DNA from: a virus
Length of the DNA stretch: 64,000 nucleotides
IMG/VR virus record: IMGVR_UViG_3300045988_149975
Direction: 5' to 3' (one strand)
Shown: in pieces, positions 52,853 through 63,005 of the stretch
Layout of the letters: the number at the start of each line of letters is the position of its first letter
How positions within the stretch are numbered: the first letter of the stretch is position 1
Notes under the pieces: generated by a model
Told to the model about the DNA's origin: nothing
The model's input: only the letters and a program-made list of their open reading frames with translations
Databases searched by the model: none
Position numbers and translations under genes: made by a program

Positions 52853-53368
52853 TCACTTATAATTTGTGGAAAACATTATTCCTACTGCTGATGTTTCACC
52901 ATCTGTCATTCCCCAAGCATGGATAGGAGAATGTCCTAACCTCAAAGTTGCTATTCCTGCAACCTTTTTATTAGTAGATATGCCTACACCCACACCCCAT
53001 GTTGGCTCTAAAGGTTTATTATCAATACTTAAATTATACTTACTTTCCTGCTTTAAACTTACATAATCCCTGCCATACTCAAATGTATCTTTATTTTCAG
53101 GCTTTAAGTTAAACCTTTCACCGTTTAATTCTACATCAAAAGTTTGTTTACTATTATAAACTAAATCAGGGTCAGAAGTGTTCTTTTTAGTTTGAACACT
53201 CACTGACGCTGTATTTTCCGTTCTGACAACTTCAGTTACTACAGGGGTACTAACTACCCTTTCTATAACTTTCTCACTTGTAGGTGGATTTATGTGGATA
53301 TAAACGGCATATATAATGCAAACTATTGCTATTATATAAGGTAACGTGTCTTTAATTTTTTCCCACAT
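52853..53368 (-). CDS. membrane-anchored protein
   Basis: N-terminal TM helix LPYIIAIVCIIYAVYI. Confidence 0.4.
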   Translation of the reverse strand: MWEKIKDTLPYIIAIVCIIYAVYIHINPPTSEKVIERVVSTPVVTEVVRTENTASVSVQTKKNTSDPDLVYNSKQTFDVELNGERFNLKPENKDTFEYGRDYVSLKQESKYNLSIDNKPLEPTWGVGVGISTNKKVAGIATLRLGHSPIHAWGMTDGETSAVGIMFSTNYK

Positions 53369-53567
53369 TTACTTTATCCTTAAAATTAAAGAATAAACTA
53401 ACAAGCAGGGTATAGAACACTAAATAAAAGAAGTATAAATTAAGCCCTGTAAAATGTGAAGCACCATAAGCTGCTACTACAGTCCACAAACAAGCTGCCA
53501 CATATACAGTTCCTACTACAATAGCCATTAAAAGTACAATAACTAAACCCATAAGTAAATATTTCAT
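53352..53567 (-). CDS. small membrane protein (holin-like?)
   Basis: Two TM helices in 71 aa. Confidence 0.35.
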   Translation of the reverse strand: MKYLLMGLVIVLLMAIVVGTVYVAACLWTVVAAYGASHFTGLNLYFFYLVFYTLLVSLFFNFKDKVNVGKN

Positions 53568-54434
53568 CTAATTTCCCCTTTCACACAAATCTTTAAATGC
53601 ACACCATTTACAATAACGTGTATTATCCTTTTTAGGAATGATTCCTTCTGCTACATACTTATTAATCTCCTTACAACGATTAAGCAAATCACTAATTAAA
53701 TCTCTATCCCATTCAAAGGGAAATTCCTTCAATTCTTGTGTATCTTTACATTCATAAAGAAAAATAATCTTTCTAATAGGTTTAGGATATTCCTCTAAAA
53801 GTTCAAGAGTTTTATCAAAGATTGCCATTTTCTTTTCCAACTTCTGCTCTTTTGTATATTTTCTACCATCCTCTAAAAAACTCTCTAATTTAGTTTTATA
53901 AAGATTTCTTAACCATTCCCCATCACCTAAAAGAACTTTTTTACGCATTTCATCTAAACAATACATATATAAACTTGCTTGAAGTTTATGTTCAGGTTTT
54001 GCATCAGTTAAAGCATTAAAACCGTTACTATTAATACTCTTAATTTCAAGTATTGATAACCTGTCACTATCTTTAAGTAAACCATCTGTATTACCCATTA
54101 CTTCATATTCCACATTAAATACAGGTGCCTCATCAAGTAAAAGTACGCCTGCTTCTTTTAAATAACCTTGTAATCTCTCATGTACAAAAGTGCCATTATT
54201 TAAAATGCGGAGGGAACGTGGGTCATCATTAGCATTAGTCTTTTTAGCAAAACAACGGTTATAATAAGAAGCCCTCATGCAACCTCCTATACCACTTGGA
54301 CTATTCCATCCATGCCCCCTATCCTCTGTTCCGCTATCCTTCATTAAAAGCATATCAATAGCAGGAATTAACAGGCTGTTCTTTGTAAGTGTATTTAAAG
54401 AGGGAACACTTCCTACTACTTTAAACTTCTTCAA
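53568..54434 (-). CDS. Cas4/RecB-like PD-(D/E)XK exonuclease with Fe-S cysteines
   Basis: N-terminal Cys GIGGCMRAS, D...ILEIKS, C-terminal YCKWCAFKDLCERG. Confidence 0.5.
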   Translation of the reverse strand: MKKFKVVGSVPSLNTLTKNSLLIPAIDMLLMKDSGTEDRGHGWNSPSGIGGCMRASYYNRCFAKKTNANDDPRSLRILNNGTFVHERLQGYLKEAGVLLLDEAPVFNVEYEVMGNTDGLLKDSDRLSILEIKSINSNGFNALTDAKPEHKLQASLYMYCLDEMRKKVLLGDGEWLRNLYKTKLESFLEDGRKYTKEQKLEKKMAIFDKTLELLEEYPKPIRKIIFLYECKDTQELKEFPFEWDRDLISDLLNRCKEINKYVAEGIIPKKDNTRYCKWCAFKDLCERGN

Positions 54435-54880
54435 ATTACTGCTACCTCCTTAAAATCCTCTAATCTTGTTATCTGCCAAACTGCACCACCGTTGAATCTA
54501 TACAAATATAAATACCCCACATCAATATAATTTAAAATATCAGCAGAAAGTTTAGAACTCTCCTTGCAATCTAATACATCACTCTCATTATAGTAATTAT
54601 AAAAATCATAAGCCCTATAAGCAATATAATCTTTATCTTTAACTCTTATTGCAAGTAAGGGTATTCTATTACATTTAAGTGCCTCATTCTCAATCTTGCT
54701 TAAAATCTTCCCCTTTAAAATGTAATAATCTTTTTCAGTTGCTTTACACTCAATTAAATAATCATCTGTTACTACATCACCTTTTGCAAAATATAATGCG
54801 CCTGAAGCTATTACTGTTTTTCCACCTAAACTTTCTGCTATAAATGTTTCATGCTTATTACTTAACTTCTTCGGTTTCAT
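54431..54880 (-). CDS. Hjc-like Holliday-junction resolvase / PD-(D/E)XK nuclease
   Basis: ETFIAESLGG...GDVVTDDYLIECKAT. Confidence 0.4.
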   Translation of the reverse strand: MKPKKLSNKHETFIAESLGGKTVIASGALYFAKGDVVTDDYLIECKATEKDYYILKGKILSKIENEALKCNRIPLLAIRVKDKDYIAYRAYDFYNYYNESDVLDCKESSKLSADILNYIDVGYLYLYRFNGGAVWQITRLEDFKEVAVI

Positions 54881-55190
54881 CTTTCACATCCTCTGGTTTC
54901 CAAAAACAACAAAATGTTCTACCTTCCTCTGTTACCATATCAAAAGGGGTAACAAAAGAATTTTGGCAGATGTCATTTTCGTCATAATATTTACAACTCT
55001 CACACCTTGAAATGAAATGGGCAGCTTTCATTAAGGCTACATAAAGCCTTGTATCATAGCCTACATGAAAATCCAATACCTCACCTCCTTTATTGTAACT
55101 CTTGATAAGCAAATTCACCAAAATATTTGAGTTCACCTGCTCTCCTTGCTTGTTTAGCCTCTTCCTCTGTTGTATAACACCATAGTTCAC
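54858..55190 (-). CDS. hypothetical Cys-containing protein
   Basis: 110-aa ORF. Confidence 0.35.
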   Translation of the reverse strand: MNYGVIQQRKRLNKQGEQVNSNILVNLLIKSYNKGGEVLDFHVGYDTRLYVALMKAAHFISRCESCKYYDENDICQNSFVTPFDMVTEEGRTFCCFWKPEDVKDETEEVK

Positions 55191-56266
55191 ATTCTTTTCA
55201 CAATTTCAGCAAACAATGATTCATTTTCCCTTAAAAGACGGACTAAATTATCTTGACCTTGTGCAAGCATTTGGGAATCCATGTAATACCACGCTCCCTT
55301 ACGCTCTATAATACCTTTAAGAACAGCTAATACAACTAACTCTTTAGCGGTATCAATAGAACCTTTAGGAAGTAATCCATCATCAGTATATAAATCGTAT
55401 TCACCTGTTGTAAAAGCAGCACCTAATTTATTTTTCTGAATTTTCCATTTAATTACACGCCCTACAATTTTAGCATTAGTACCAGTGCCTTCTTTAATGT
55501 AATCGCCTGCCCTTAAACGGATTTCGATACTATTAGTAAACTTTTGGCTATTTCCTCCAGGAACAGTAGTAGGATCACCATAACCACCAATTTTATCCCT
55601 AAATTGATTTATGGATAAGACAGTAGTAGGCAGTTTACCATTCCTCTCCAAAGTATTATTAAAACTTTGAAATTTACCGTGATAAGTCTGTAATTTCAAT
55701 GGTTTAATACCCATTTGAGCAGTATCAGAAATATCTGTTTCAATATACTTTGTGGGTAACATGGCAGCAATAGAATCTATCACAATAAATTCCACACCCG
55801 CTTTTTGCAATTCTACTGCAATATCTAATGCTTGTTCCATACCTTCAGGTTGACAAAATAGTAATTTATCATTATCAATACCATTCTGCGCTCCCCATTC
55901 CTCACTATAACTACCACTTTCAATTTGAATTAAAGCAGCTTGTAGGGGTATATCACCATCATCAGCTACTACCTCATATTCAAAATTGCCTTTAGTTATT
56001 TTCTTCTTATACATATTCTGTACGGCAGCAATGGCTTTATAAGCAAGTAAAGATTTACCACTACTCTCTTGCCCTGCAAGTGTAATATATCGCCCCGAAG
56101 GTAAGCCACCACCTAATGCGTCATTAAGTGATACACTACCTAAAGGAATTTTGAAATTCATTTCATCATTTATATCTGCGCCCTTACGGATGGCATTTAC
56201 GCCAAAGCGTTTGTTTATATCTTTTATTAGTGTATTTATATCTGCCATAATTTCCTCCTTTATCAT
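55187..56266 (-). CDS. RecA/UvsX-like recombinase
   Basis: Walker A LAGQESSGKSLLA and RecA-fold length. Confidence 0.65.
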   Translation of the reverse strand: MIKEEIMADINTLIKDINKRFGVNAIRKGADINDEMNFKIPLGSVSLNDALGGGLPSGRYITLAGQESSGKSLLAYKAIAAVQNMYKKKITKGNFEYEVVADDGDIPLQAALIQIESGSYSEEWGAQNGIDNDKLLFCQPEGMEQALDIAVELQKAGVEFIVIDSIAAMLPTKYIETDISDTAQMGIKPLKLQTYHGKFQSFNNTLERNGKLPTTVLSINQFRDKIGGYGDPTTVPGGNSQKFTNSIEIRLRAGDYIKEGTGTNAKIVGRVIKWKIQKNKLGAAFTTGEYDLYTDDGLLPKGSIDTAKELVVLAVLKGIIERKGAWYYMDSQMLAQGQDNLVRLLRENESLFAEIVKRM

Positions 56267-58521
56267 TTTGCGGTGTAATAATCCCTACCGTACCCGGTCT
56301 CTGCCTCCAAAGGAATAGTAAGGTGTATTCCTCTGCGTGGCATACAATGGCTCATAATATATTGCATACGCTCCATACACAAGTGTACAAACTCTGTGGG
56401 GCACATCATTACAACCTCATCGTGTACAGAACTTACTTGATATGCGCCAATAGAATTAAGAATTGTATCATTGTCTAAATCTATCTGTGCAAATGCTACT
56501 GCATCAGCAGCACTACCCTGCGAAAGCACATTCACTGCTACTCTTTCAAGATAAGAACGTACCCTCATATCTTCACTATTTATATCCCAAAGATGTCTTT
56601 TATGTCCACCCAAAGTTTTTACATAGCCATTTTCCCTTGCAAACTTTACTGCTGCTTTATCATAAGCGTGTAAACCGCTGAAACCCTCAAAATATTTATC
56701 AATATATCCTTGTGCTTCTTCTTTACTAATCTCAAGGTTTTTAGATACTGCTATACTCGTGCCCCCATAATCCACAGCGAAGCCTATCTTTTTAGCTATC
56801 TGCCTCTTTTCAGGGGCAATCTTTTTAACATCATTAGGGTTTACATCTTTAAGTTCAGGAAAAACCAAAGTAGCTACTGTTCCGTGGGGGTCAAGATTTT
56901 CTACCATCATTTTAATAAGCATTTTATCTTGAGATAAATGTGCTGTTAAAAATTTTTCCAAGGCATGATAATCGGCTGCCACTACTGAATAACCTTCATC
57001 TGCTATAAAAAGTTTTCTTATTTCAAATCTATCCCAAAAATCAAAATAAGTTCTATCTTCACCCTCTTTAGGCTCTTCTAAAGGATGAGGAAGCTGCTGA
57101 AGATTAGGCTGTTGACAAGATAAACGGAAACTATCTGTACCACACAACCCAAAACTACAATGCACTTTACCATCTTCATAAATTAAATCCCAAAGTCCAT
57201 CCATAAAAGCACTTTTTAATTTTACTAACTTCTTATAATCAGTAAGACAATCTATAAATTTATGTGCTTCTTCTGATACTTTTTGGCGTTTTAATTTCTT
57301 TAACTCATCTTTACCTACCTTCGGCGTTTTTAATTCCTCATAGGCATATTGCCCTCCTGCTGTCCATTCTACCACTTTAAAACCAAAATTTCTACTTACA
57401 AAATCTTTATTATAACTTTCCTTAAAGATTACATTTGCCCTTTCAGACATTAACTGTTTCTTATAGCTTAATTTATCTTTTGTCGCCAAATTCTTTGCTA
57501 CTTCATCATACGCTTTTTGCGCACTCTCATTAAGCTGTACAGCTTTCTTTTTAAAACCGAATAATAACTCATAAAGATTTTGTGAACTTGAAGGATTAAA
57601 TTCTACCCCCGCTAAACTATATAGCTTATATTCAAGATTTTTAATCTCTATCTCTGCTTCTTTAGACATTTTCTCTAAAAGCTGTGTATCAATTCTAAAA
57701 CCTTTTCGCTCCATTTTCCACAACACTTTGAGATAAGGAATACGCACTTTATAATAGTAATCTGTCATTCCCTCATTCTTTAAGCCCTCAATAAGCTGCG
57801 GAAACATCTGTTTCATAAACCATACGTCCTCGGCAGAGTATTGTCCACCAATGGGAATCTGTACTTGCATAAAAGCGGCATTAGCATTGGCTTTTATACC
57901 TACTGATAATTTCTCATCATTTGTAACAGTCTTAATAACATCACTATAATGTGACTTTTCTACGCCATAAATCATTTTAGTTACTGCTTCCAAATTCTTT
58001 TCCACAGTTTCATCTATAGTATGAACCATTACCATTGTATCTTCAATAATATTTTTATTAAAAACTTTTACTATATCTATATCCTCATTAGCAATGGCGT
58101 GTAAGTCAAAATCTATATTATGGGCAATATATGTCTTGCCCTCATTTTCCATTATTAATCTCAATCTCTGTGCAAAATTATAGGCATCTACATTGTAATA
58201 TTCCCCTTCAAACTTTGATTTATCAAAATCAGGAAAATATTTAGGATTAAAAAATTTCGGAGGAACAAGTCTAAAACGATTATTCTCTTTATATAATCCT
58301 TCAAAATCATGCCTCACAGGAACATAAAATACATCTTTAGATACTTCATCTTCAAAAGCAAATGTATAACCTACTACATAATCTTTCCCTGTCCATCTTA
58401 CACTTGTCCCTGAAGTTTCAGTATCAAAATATACCATCTTTGCCTTTTCAAATAAAGCAAAAAAGGAGTCTAAAGAATGTTCCTGCACAATACTTAAATT
58501 AAAATATTTTTGGTGAAACAT
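56263..58521 (-). CDS. family A DNA polymerase with 3'-5' exonuclease domain
   Basis: Exo I VYFDTETSG. Motif A VVAADYHALEKFLTAHLS. Motif B KIGFAVDYGG. Motif C SVHDEVVMM. Confidence 0.8.
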   Translation of the reverse strand: MFHQKYFNLSIVQEHSLDSFFALFEKAKMVYFDTETSGTSVRWTGKDYVVGYTFAFEDEVSKDVFYVPVRHDFEGLYKENNRFRLVPPKFFNPKYFPDFDKSKFEGEYYNVDAYNFAQRLRLIMENEGKTYIAHNIDFDLHAIANEDIDIVKVFNKNIIEDTMVMVHTIDETVEKNLEAVTKMIYGVEKSHYSDVIKTVTNDEKLSVGIKANANAAFMQVQIPIGGQYSAEDVWFMKQMFPQLIEGLKNEGMTDYYYKVRIPYLKVLWKMERKGFRIDTQLLEKMSKEAEIEIKNLEYKLYSLAGVEFNPSSSQNLYELLFGFKKKAVQLNESAQKAYDEVAKNLATKDKLSYKKQLMSERANVIFKESYNKDFVSRNFGFKVVEWTAGGQYAYEELKTPKVGKDELKKLKRQKVSEEAHKFIDCLTDYKKLVKLKSAFMDGLWDLIYEDGKVHCSFGLCGTDSFRLSCQQPNLQQLPHPLEEPKEGEDRTYFDFWDRFEIRKLFIADEGYSVVAADYHALEKFLTAHLSQDKMLIKMMVENLDPHGTVATLVFPELKDVNPNDVKKIAPEKRQIAKKIGFAVDYGGTSIAVSKNLEISKEEAQGYIDKYFEGFSGLHAYDKAAVKFARENGYVKTLGGHKRHLWDINSEDMRVRSYLERVAVNVLSQGSAADAVAFAQIDLDNDTILNSIGAYQVSSVHDEVVMMCPTEFVHLCMERMQYIMSHCMPRRGIHLTIPLEAETGYGRDYYTAK

Positions 58522-58807
58522 CTTTACTCTCCTTTACTACTTTCCTATACCTCTCTGTCATACTTGGCACAATGCGAGTTACTTTAGCATATTCTATCTG
58601 TCCTGTAAGCACGTTATGATATTTTTTGGGCTTTGATTCTGCAATATGGTAATCCATAATAGGGTATAACCTAAAACGCTTATATCCGTCTTTAGTTAAA
58701 TCTTCAATAGCGAGTAATACATTATCTACCATCTTTCTTGCCTCATTAAGTGATACATTCTGCATTGTCCCGATTTTCCTTGCAATAATCTCTCTATTTG
58801 CTAACAT
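58499..58807 (-). CDS. HU/IHF-family DNA-binding protein (TF1-like)
   Basis: Length and pattern ...ARKMVDNVLLAIEDLTKDG..R..G.......P.....G match HU. Confidence 0.55.
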   Translation of the reverse strand: MLANREIIARKIGTMQNVSLNEARKMVDNVLLAIEDLTKDGYKRFRLYPIMDYHIAESKPKKYHNVLTGQIEYAKVTRIVPSMTERYRKVVKESKDVSPKIF

Positions 58808-58861
58808 AACATACTCCTTAATAAACTAAAGCCCCATTCACAGGGGCTTTAGTATTATACC

Positions 58862-59587
58862 TTAAAGTCTTTTAAGTCCAGTAGCTTGCTGTACTTCTTT
58901 AGGCTCTTCTACTTCAGTTTCACCATAAGGTACAAACAAATTCTGTAATACACCCATAAAACCTTCAGTCTTTGCAATCTCCTTATATTTTTCAGGCAGT
59001 GATTCAATAATCTTTTCTTTAGCTTCCTCTGTTAAAGGTGCTTTAGACCAGTACAGAGGGTCTTTACCTGCGGGGCAATCATCTACCCTATCAAAGTTAT
59101 AAGGATTTTTCTTACCATTCTTACTTACATAATATGCTCTATCAAGTAAACCATACTTTTCTTTATTACGCTGAATAGCTGCAACATCAGAAGTACCTCT
59201 CACCATTACTCTTACTTGGTCAGTATACTCAATAACTTTACCAGTAGGTACGCCATTTACTACCTCATCTTTTGTAGTTACAGTACCATCAAGTACAAGG
59301 AAGGCAGATTTAATGGAGCGTTTATTAAGTTTACTTGCGTCAAAACTATCAGGCTGCTGACAACCTTTGCAATCAGGTTCACCAGTGCATACAAATACAC
59401 GAGGTACAGTACCTACCTTAATAGTATGGGCGTAAAAAGAAAGCGGCTCATCAGTTAAGAAACGCATAAGTTTCTCTTCCCCATCTTTTACATAAAAATC
59501 ATAAATACCAGTTCTACCTGAATTTGCTTTTGCTTCTTCACTCATTTTATTAACTGCGTCAAAACCTTTTTGAAAAAAACTTTTCAC
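58862..59587 (-). CDS. hypothetical Zn-binding protein (possible SSB)
   Basis: CTGEPDCKGCQQ; position in the replication module. Confidence 0.25.
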   Translation of the reverse strand: MKSFFQKGFDAVNKMSEEAKANSGRTGIYDFYVKDGEEKLMRFLTDEPLSFYAHTIKVGTVPRVFVCTGEPDCKGCQQPDSFDASKLNKRSIKSAFLVLDGTVTTKDEVVNGVPTGKVIEYTDQVRVMVRGTSDVAAIQRNKEKYGLLDRAYYVSKNGKKNPYNFDRVDDCPAGKDPLYWSKAPLTEEAKEKIIESLPEKYKEIAKTEGFMGVLQNLFVPYGETEVEEPKEVQQATGLKRL

Positions 59588-59598
59588 TTTACATTCTC

Positions 59599-60493
59599 CT
59601 ATTCATATAAACTATAATTTCTCTTTGGATAAATTTCCAAATTACTAAACATTACTTTTAATTCATTTTCATTACAATCTTGTATATCTTTTTTACCATC
59701 AGGAAATCTACAACGCATAAAAGTAAAATCATTCTTTAAATACTTATAAATTCTTTTACAACCATCTTCTCCTGCCTTATCATTATCTAAAGCTAAAATA
59801 ATTTTATCCGCTTTAAACATTTTAAGTTTTTCAATTTGTGTCTTACTAATTTGAGCAGATATAATGGAAAGAGTATTAGTATAACCAAATCTATATAACC
59901 AAATTGCATCTAATAAACCCTCCACTAAAATAATCTCATCTTTAGGTTCAAATAAGTTCATGGGGTAGAAATAATCTTTAGCATTAAAATGATTATAAAT
60001 CTTATATTTAGGCTCATTACCATAAATAGAATTATAACCTCTATCCTTTTCGGATAATACTGCCCTACTACTAAACCCTAAAAGATTACCACTATAATCA
60101 AAAAAGGGAATTGTAATACGTTTTAATTCACCATCCCAACCTAATTTAAACTTAACAAAATCTTCCTCACTAAAACCTCTCTTTAATAAATAAGGATGTA
60201 CAATTTCTCCACTTTTAAAAGGCGCAAGCGCACTCATAGACAATACATCTTCTTTAATCTCATCGGATTCTTCGTATAGATTTCTATGTCTACTTACAGC
60301 CATTCTAAAATCTTTATTAAAGTAACTGTTAAGAAATTCATAAGCGTCCATAATTGAAATATCTTTTACAAACGCTACTAAAGACACTAAATTGAATTTT
60401 GCACCACAAGCAAAACAACCACCTACCTCTTTCTCTGCATGAATACCACAAGAGGGATTACGTTCACCATGATAGATAAGGACAGCAAAACAT
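59599..60493 (-). CDS. DnaG-like TOPRIM primase, with the N-terminal zinc ribbon in an upstream segment lacking an in-frame AUG
   Basis: TOPRIM motifs ILVEGLLDAIWLY and KIILALDNDKAGEDG. Upstream in frame: SCGIHAEKEVGGCFACGAKFN, a CxxH...CxxC ribbon. ATG at 60493 with RBS AGGGG is in another frame: MFCCPYLSW*. Confidence 0.6.
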
Positions 60494-60564
60494 AATATTT
60501 TCGCCCCTAACTGTTACTTTTTCAAGCCCCAGTTCATTGCAAAAATTCTTCATTTCATCTACTG

Positions 60565-61155
60565 TCACATAACCACCTCCTGTTTTATTCTAAAAAATAC
60601 TTTTACGCCATCAATTACAGAACATCCTCTGTTACTACTAATAGTATGCCCTCTTATCATAGCGTGTACTATTGACTTATCTTTATTAGGAAATAAGGTA
60701 CGAGAAGCAGCCTTACTGCTCTTAAAAGTAGCTAATACCTCATTACTTTCCACAGAAACCATCTCAACTGGTTTTTCAAATAACCTATGTAACTTTTTAG
60801 CGGATATTCTTGCTTTCTCACGAACATTCTCTCTTAAACCGATATTCCACGAATGTAATAAATTATCTTTGTTTTCTATCCACTCTAAATTTTCAACATG
60901 GTTATTTAATTTATTACCGTCTTTATGATTTACTTGTGGTAAATTTTCGGGGTTAGGTATAAATGCTTCTGCTACTAAACGATGTACCCTTTTAGGATAA
61001 CACTTACCATCTTTAGCTAATGCTACCTGTAAATAACCCTTTGTAGTTGTGTTTGCCATCAAACACCTCTCTTTATTATACTTATGAGATATTACTACCC
61101 CTTCATCTGTAACAGTATAATCAGGAAAATCTTTTACAATAGCTTCTATAAGCAT
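60565..61155 (-). CDS. HNH endonuclease between primase and helicase
   Basis: VNHKDGNKLNNHVENLEW. Confidence 0.65.
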   Translation of the reverse strand: MLIEAIVKDFPDYTVTDEGVVISHKYNKERCLMANTTTKGYLQVALAKDGKCYPKRVHRLVAEAFIPNPENLPQVNHKDGNKLNNHVENLEWIENKDNLLHSWNIGLRENVREKARISAKKLHRLFEKPVEMVSVESNEVLATFKSSKAASRTLFPNKDKSIVHAMIRGHTISSNRGCSVIDGVKVFFRIKQEVVM

Positions 61156-61176
61156 TTCACCTCCATTACTTCATAT

Positions 61177-61205
61177 ATTATATCATAAAATTACCAATTT
61201 GTCAA
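61177..61205 (-). promoter_or_regulatory. sigma-A type promoter
   Basis: Minus strand TTGACAaattggtaattttatgaTATAAT. Confidence 0.5.
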
Positions 61206-62449
61206 GATAATTTTTTCAAAGTTTGTGGTTTATCTACCTTAAATGTTCGCTCTTTCTTATCATCAAAATTTGCATAGACTACATCATAATTCATTTCCCT
61301 AAAATCAAATTGCATTGTAAATTTTGGTGTCCATTCACCATCACGAATTTTAAGAGTTTGAATTTCAACCTCTTTAGCTGCCCTCTGTACTTCATCCTGT
61401 AACATTGCCCACATTCCATCACAATACTGTTTAAGACTTGTAGCATAAGCAATATTACCCTTATCAGTAAGCTGTGTAGTAGTAATAATGGGTATTTTCC
61501 TGTTTAAAGCAATAATTTTAAATGCCTTAAATACTGCTAATACTGCTTTCCAATCTTCAGGGTCTTTACCCTCACTCATAAGATAACCACCATCTATTAA
61601 AACTATATCAGGTTTATAGGCATCTATTTTAGCTGCGCACTCTGCTACACCGTTTATAATAAGTTCAATGCTTAATTTAGAAGCATACTTTGGCGCAATA
61701 TTTTCAAGATAATCTTTATAAATACTTTCTTCATCATTAGTTAAAGCACCATCTTTTAAACGGCTATAACTTACACCACTCATTATAGCATCCACCCTTT
61801 TTAATATTTGATGTGGACTCATTTCCTTTGTAAGAAAAAGTGTCTTATAACCTGCTTTAATTAAATTAGAAGCTATAATACATAACAAAAAAGTTTTACC
61901 TACACCTGACTTTGCAAGGAATGATATTAAATCTACCTCTTTTATGCCACCAGTTTGTTTATCAAGAGGGTAAATCCCAAGGGGTATACCTGTCATACCT
62001 CCTGTAGCTTTATTTACTAAATAATCTTGAAAACGCTTCTCTGTATTTGCCCCTAAATCAACTTTTTCAGTAAAGGTAAAATCACTATTTACTTCTGAAA
62101 TTAAACTCTCCAAAAGGGTATAACATTTATCTACATCCCTATCATTTATAAGATTATCTATCTTTTCTAAAGTAGTTACTAACTTATTATGCCTAATCTT
62201 ACGGCGCAGTTCATCACAATAATAACCTACTGTTTCAGGACTTTCAATGTTAAGATTGACTTCAGGAAAATGCTTTTTAAAAGTTTCCTTATCAGGCAAT
62301 TCACCATACTTAACTTTAAAATCAGATAACCACTTAAAAGCCCTTTTATTTGCACCTGAAAAATAGTCAGCAGTTATATCTTTGTTAAGTACAGTTTCCC
62401 ATTCTTTTGTTTCAATAAGTTTTCTTAAAAAAGAATTTTCTACTGACAT
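61202..62449 (-). CDS. DnaB-like replicative helicase
   Basis: Walker A FLAKSGVGKTFLL; RecA-fold C-terminal domain. Confidence 0.7.
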   Translation of the reverse strand: MSVENSFLRKLIETKEWETVLNKDITADYFSGANKRAFKWLSDFKVKYGELPDKETFKKHFPEVNLNIESPETVGYYCDELRRKIRHNKLVTTLEKIDNLINDRDVDKCYTLLESLISEVNSDFTFTEKVDLGANTEKRFQDYLVNKATGGMTGIPLGIYPLDKQTGGIKEVDLISFLAKSGVGKTFLLCIIASNLIKAGYKTLFLTKEMSPHQILKRVDAIMSGVSYSRLKDGALTNDEESIYKDYLENIAPKYASKLSIELIINGVAECAAKIDAYKPDIVLIDGGYLMSEGKDPEDWKAVLAVFKAFKIIALNRKIPIITTTQLTDKGNIAYATSLKQYCDGMWAMLQDEVQRAAKEVEIQTLKIRDGEWTPKFTMQFDFREMNYDVVYANFDDKKERTFKVDKPQTLKKLS

Positions 62450-62838
62450 TAATACATCTCCTTAAATTTCTCTAAACTGATAGCATTTTCCACAAATTCC
62501 GTGGTATGTGTTTCATCTATATAATACTTGTACAAATATATGCAATTACTGTATAATTCATTAAGAGAAATCTTTTCAATTTGATTAAAAAATAAATATT
62601 TACCAAACAACTCATCCTCATATACACTTATATCCTCTTTTGTTGATATAATATGTATGTTAAATTTATCAAAAAGTTTTAAAGTTAAATCTCTATATTC
62701 AGGATTAAACTTATATTTAAAACTATCACCAAATATACCTTTCAATCTTTGCATTGTAGTAGGTTTTCTGTTAAAAATTGTTTCAAAATTTATAGCAATT
62801 ATTGGAGCAGTTTTATTGCTAATATCACCGTTTTTCAT
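62449..62838 (-). CDS. hypothetical protein
   Basis: 129-aa ORF. Confidence 0.4.
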   Translation of the reverse strand: MKNGDISNKTAPIIAINFETIFNRKPTTMQRLKGIFGDSFKYKFNPEYRDLTLKLFDKFNIHIISTKEDISVYEDELFGKYLFFNQIEKISLNELYSNCIYLYKYYIDETHTTEFVENAISLEKFKEMY

Positions 62839-63005
62839 GATACTTCTTATCCAATTCCGCTACTGATAAATCACCATTTAAAACAGCCAGTGTATGATAA
62901 TCACATAACGGTACTGCATTTTCTCCTGCTTTACTACGAATTGTATAATTATCCTTACCTTCTAACAAACAAGCAAAACATTTTTCTTTTACCATTTTAA
63001 CCCTC

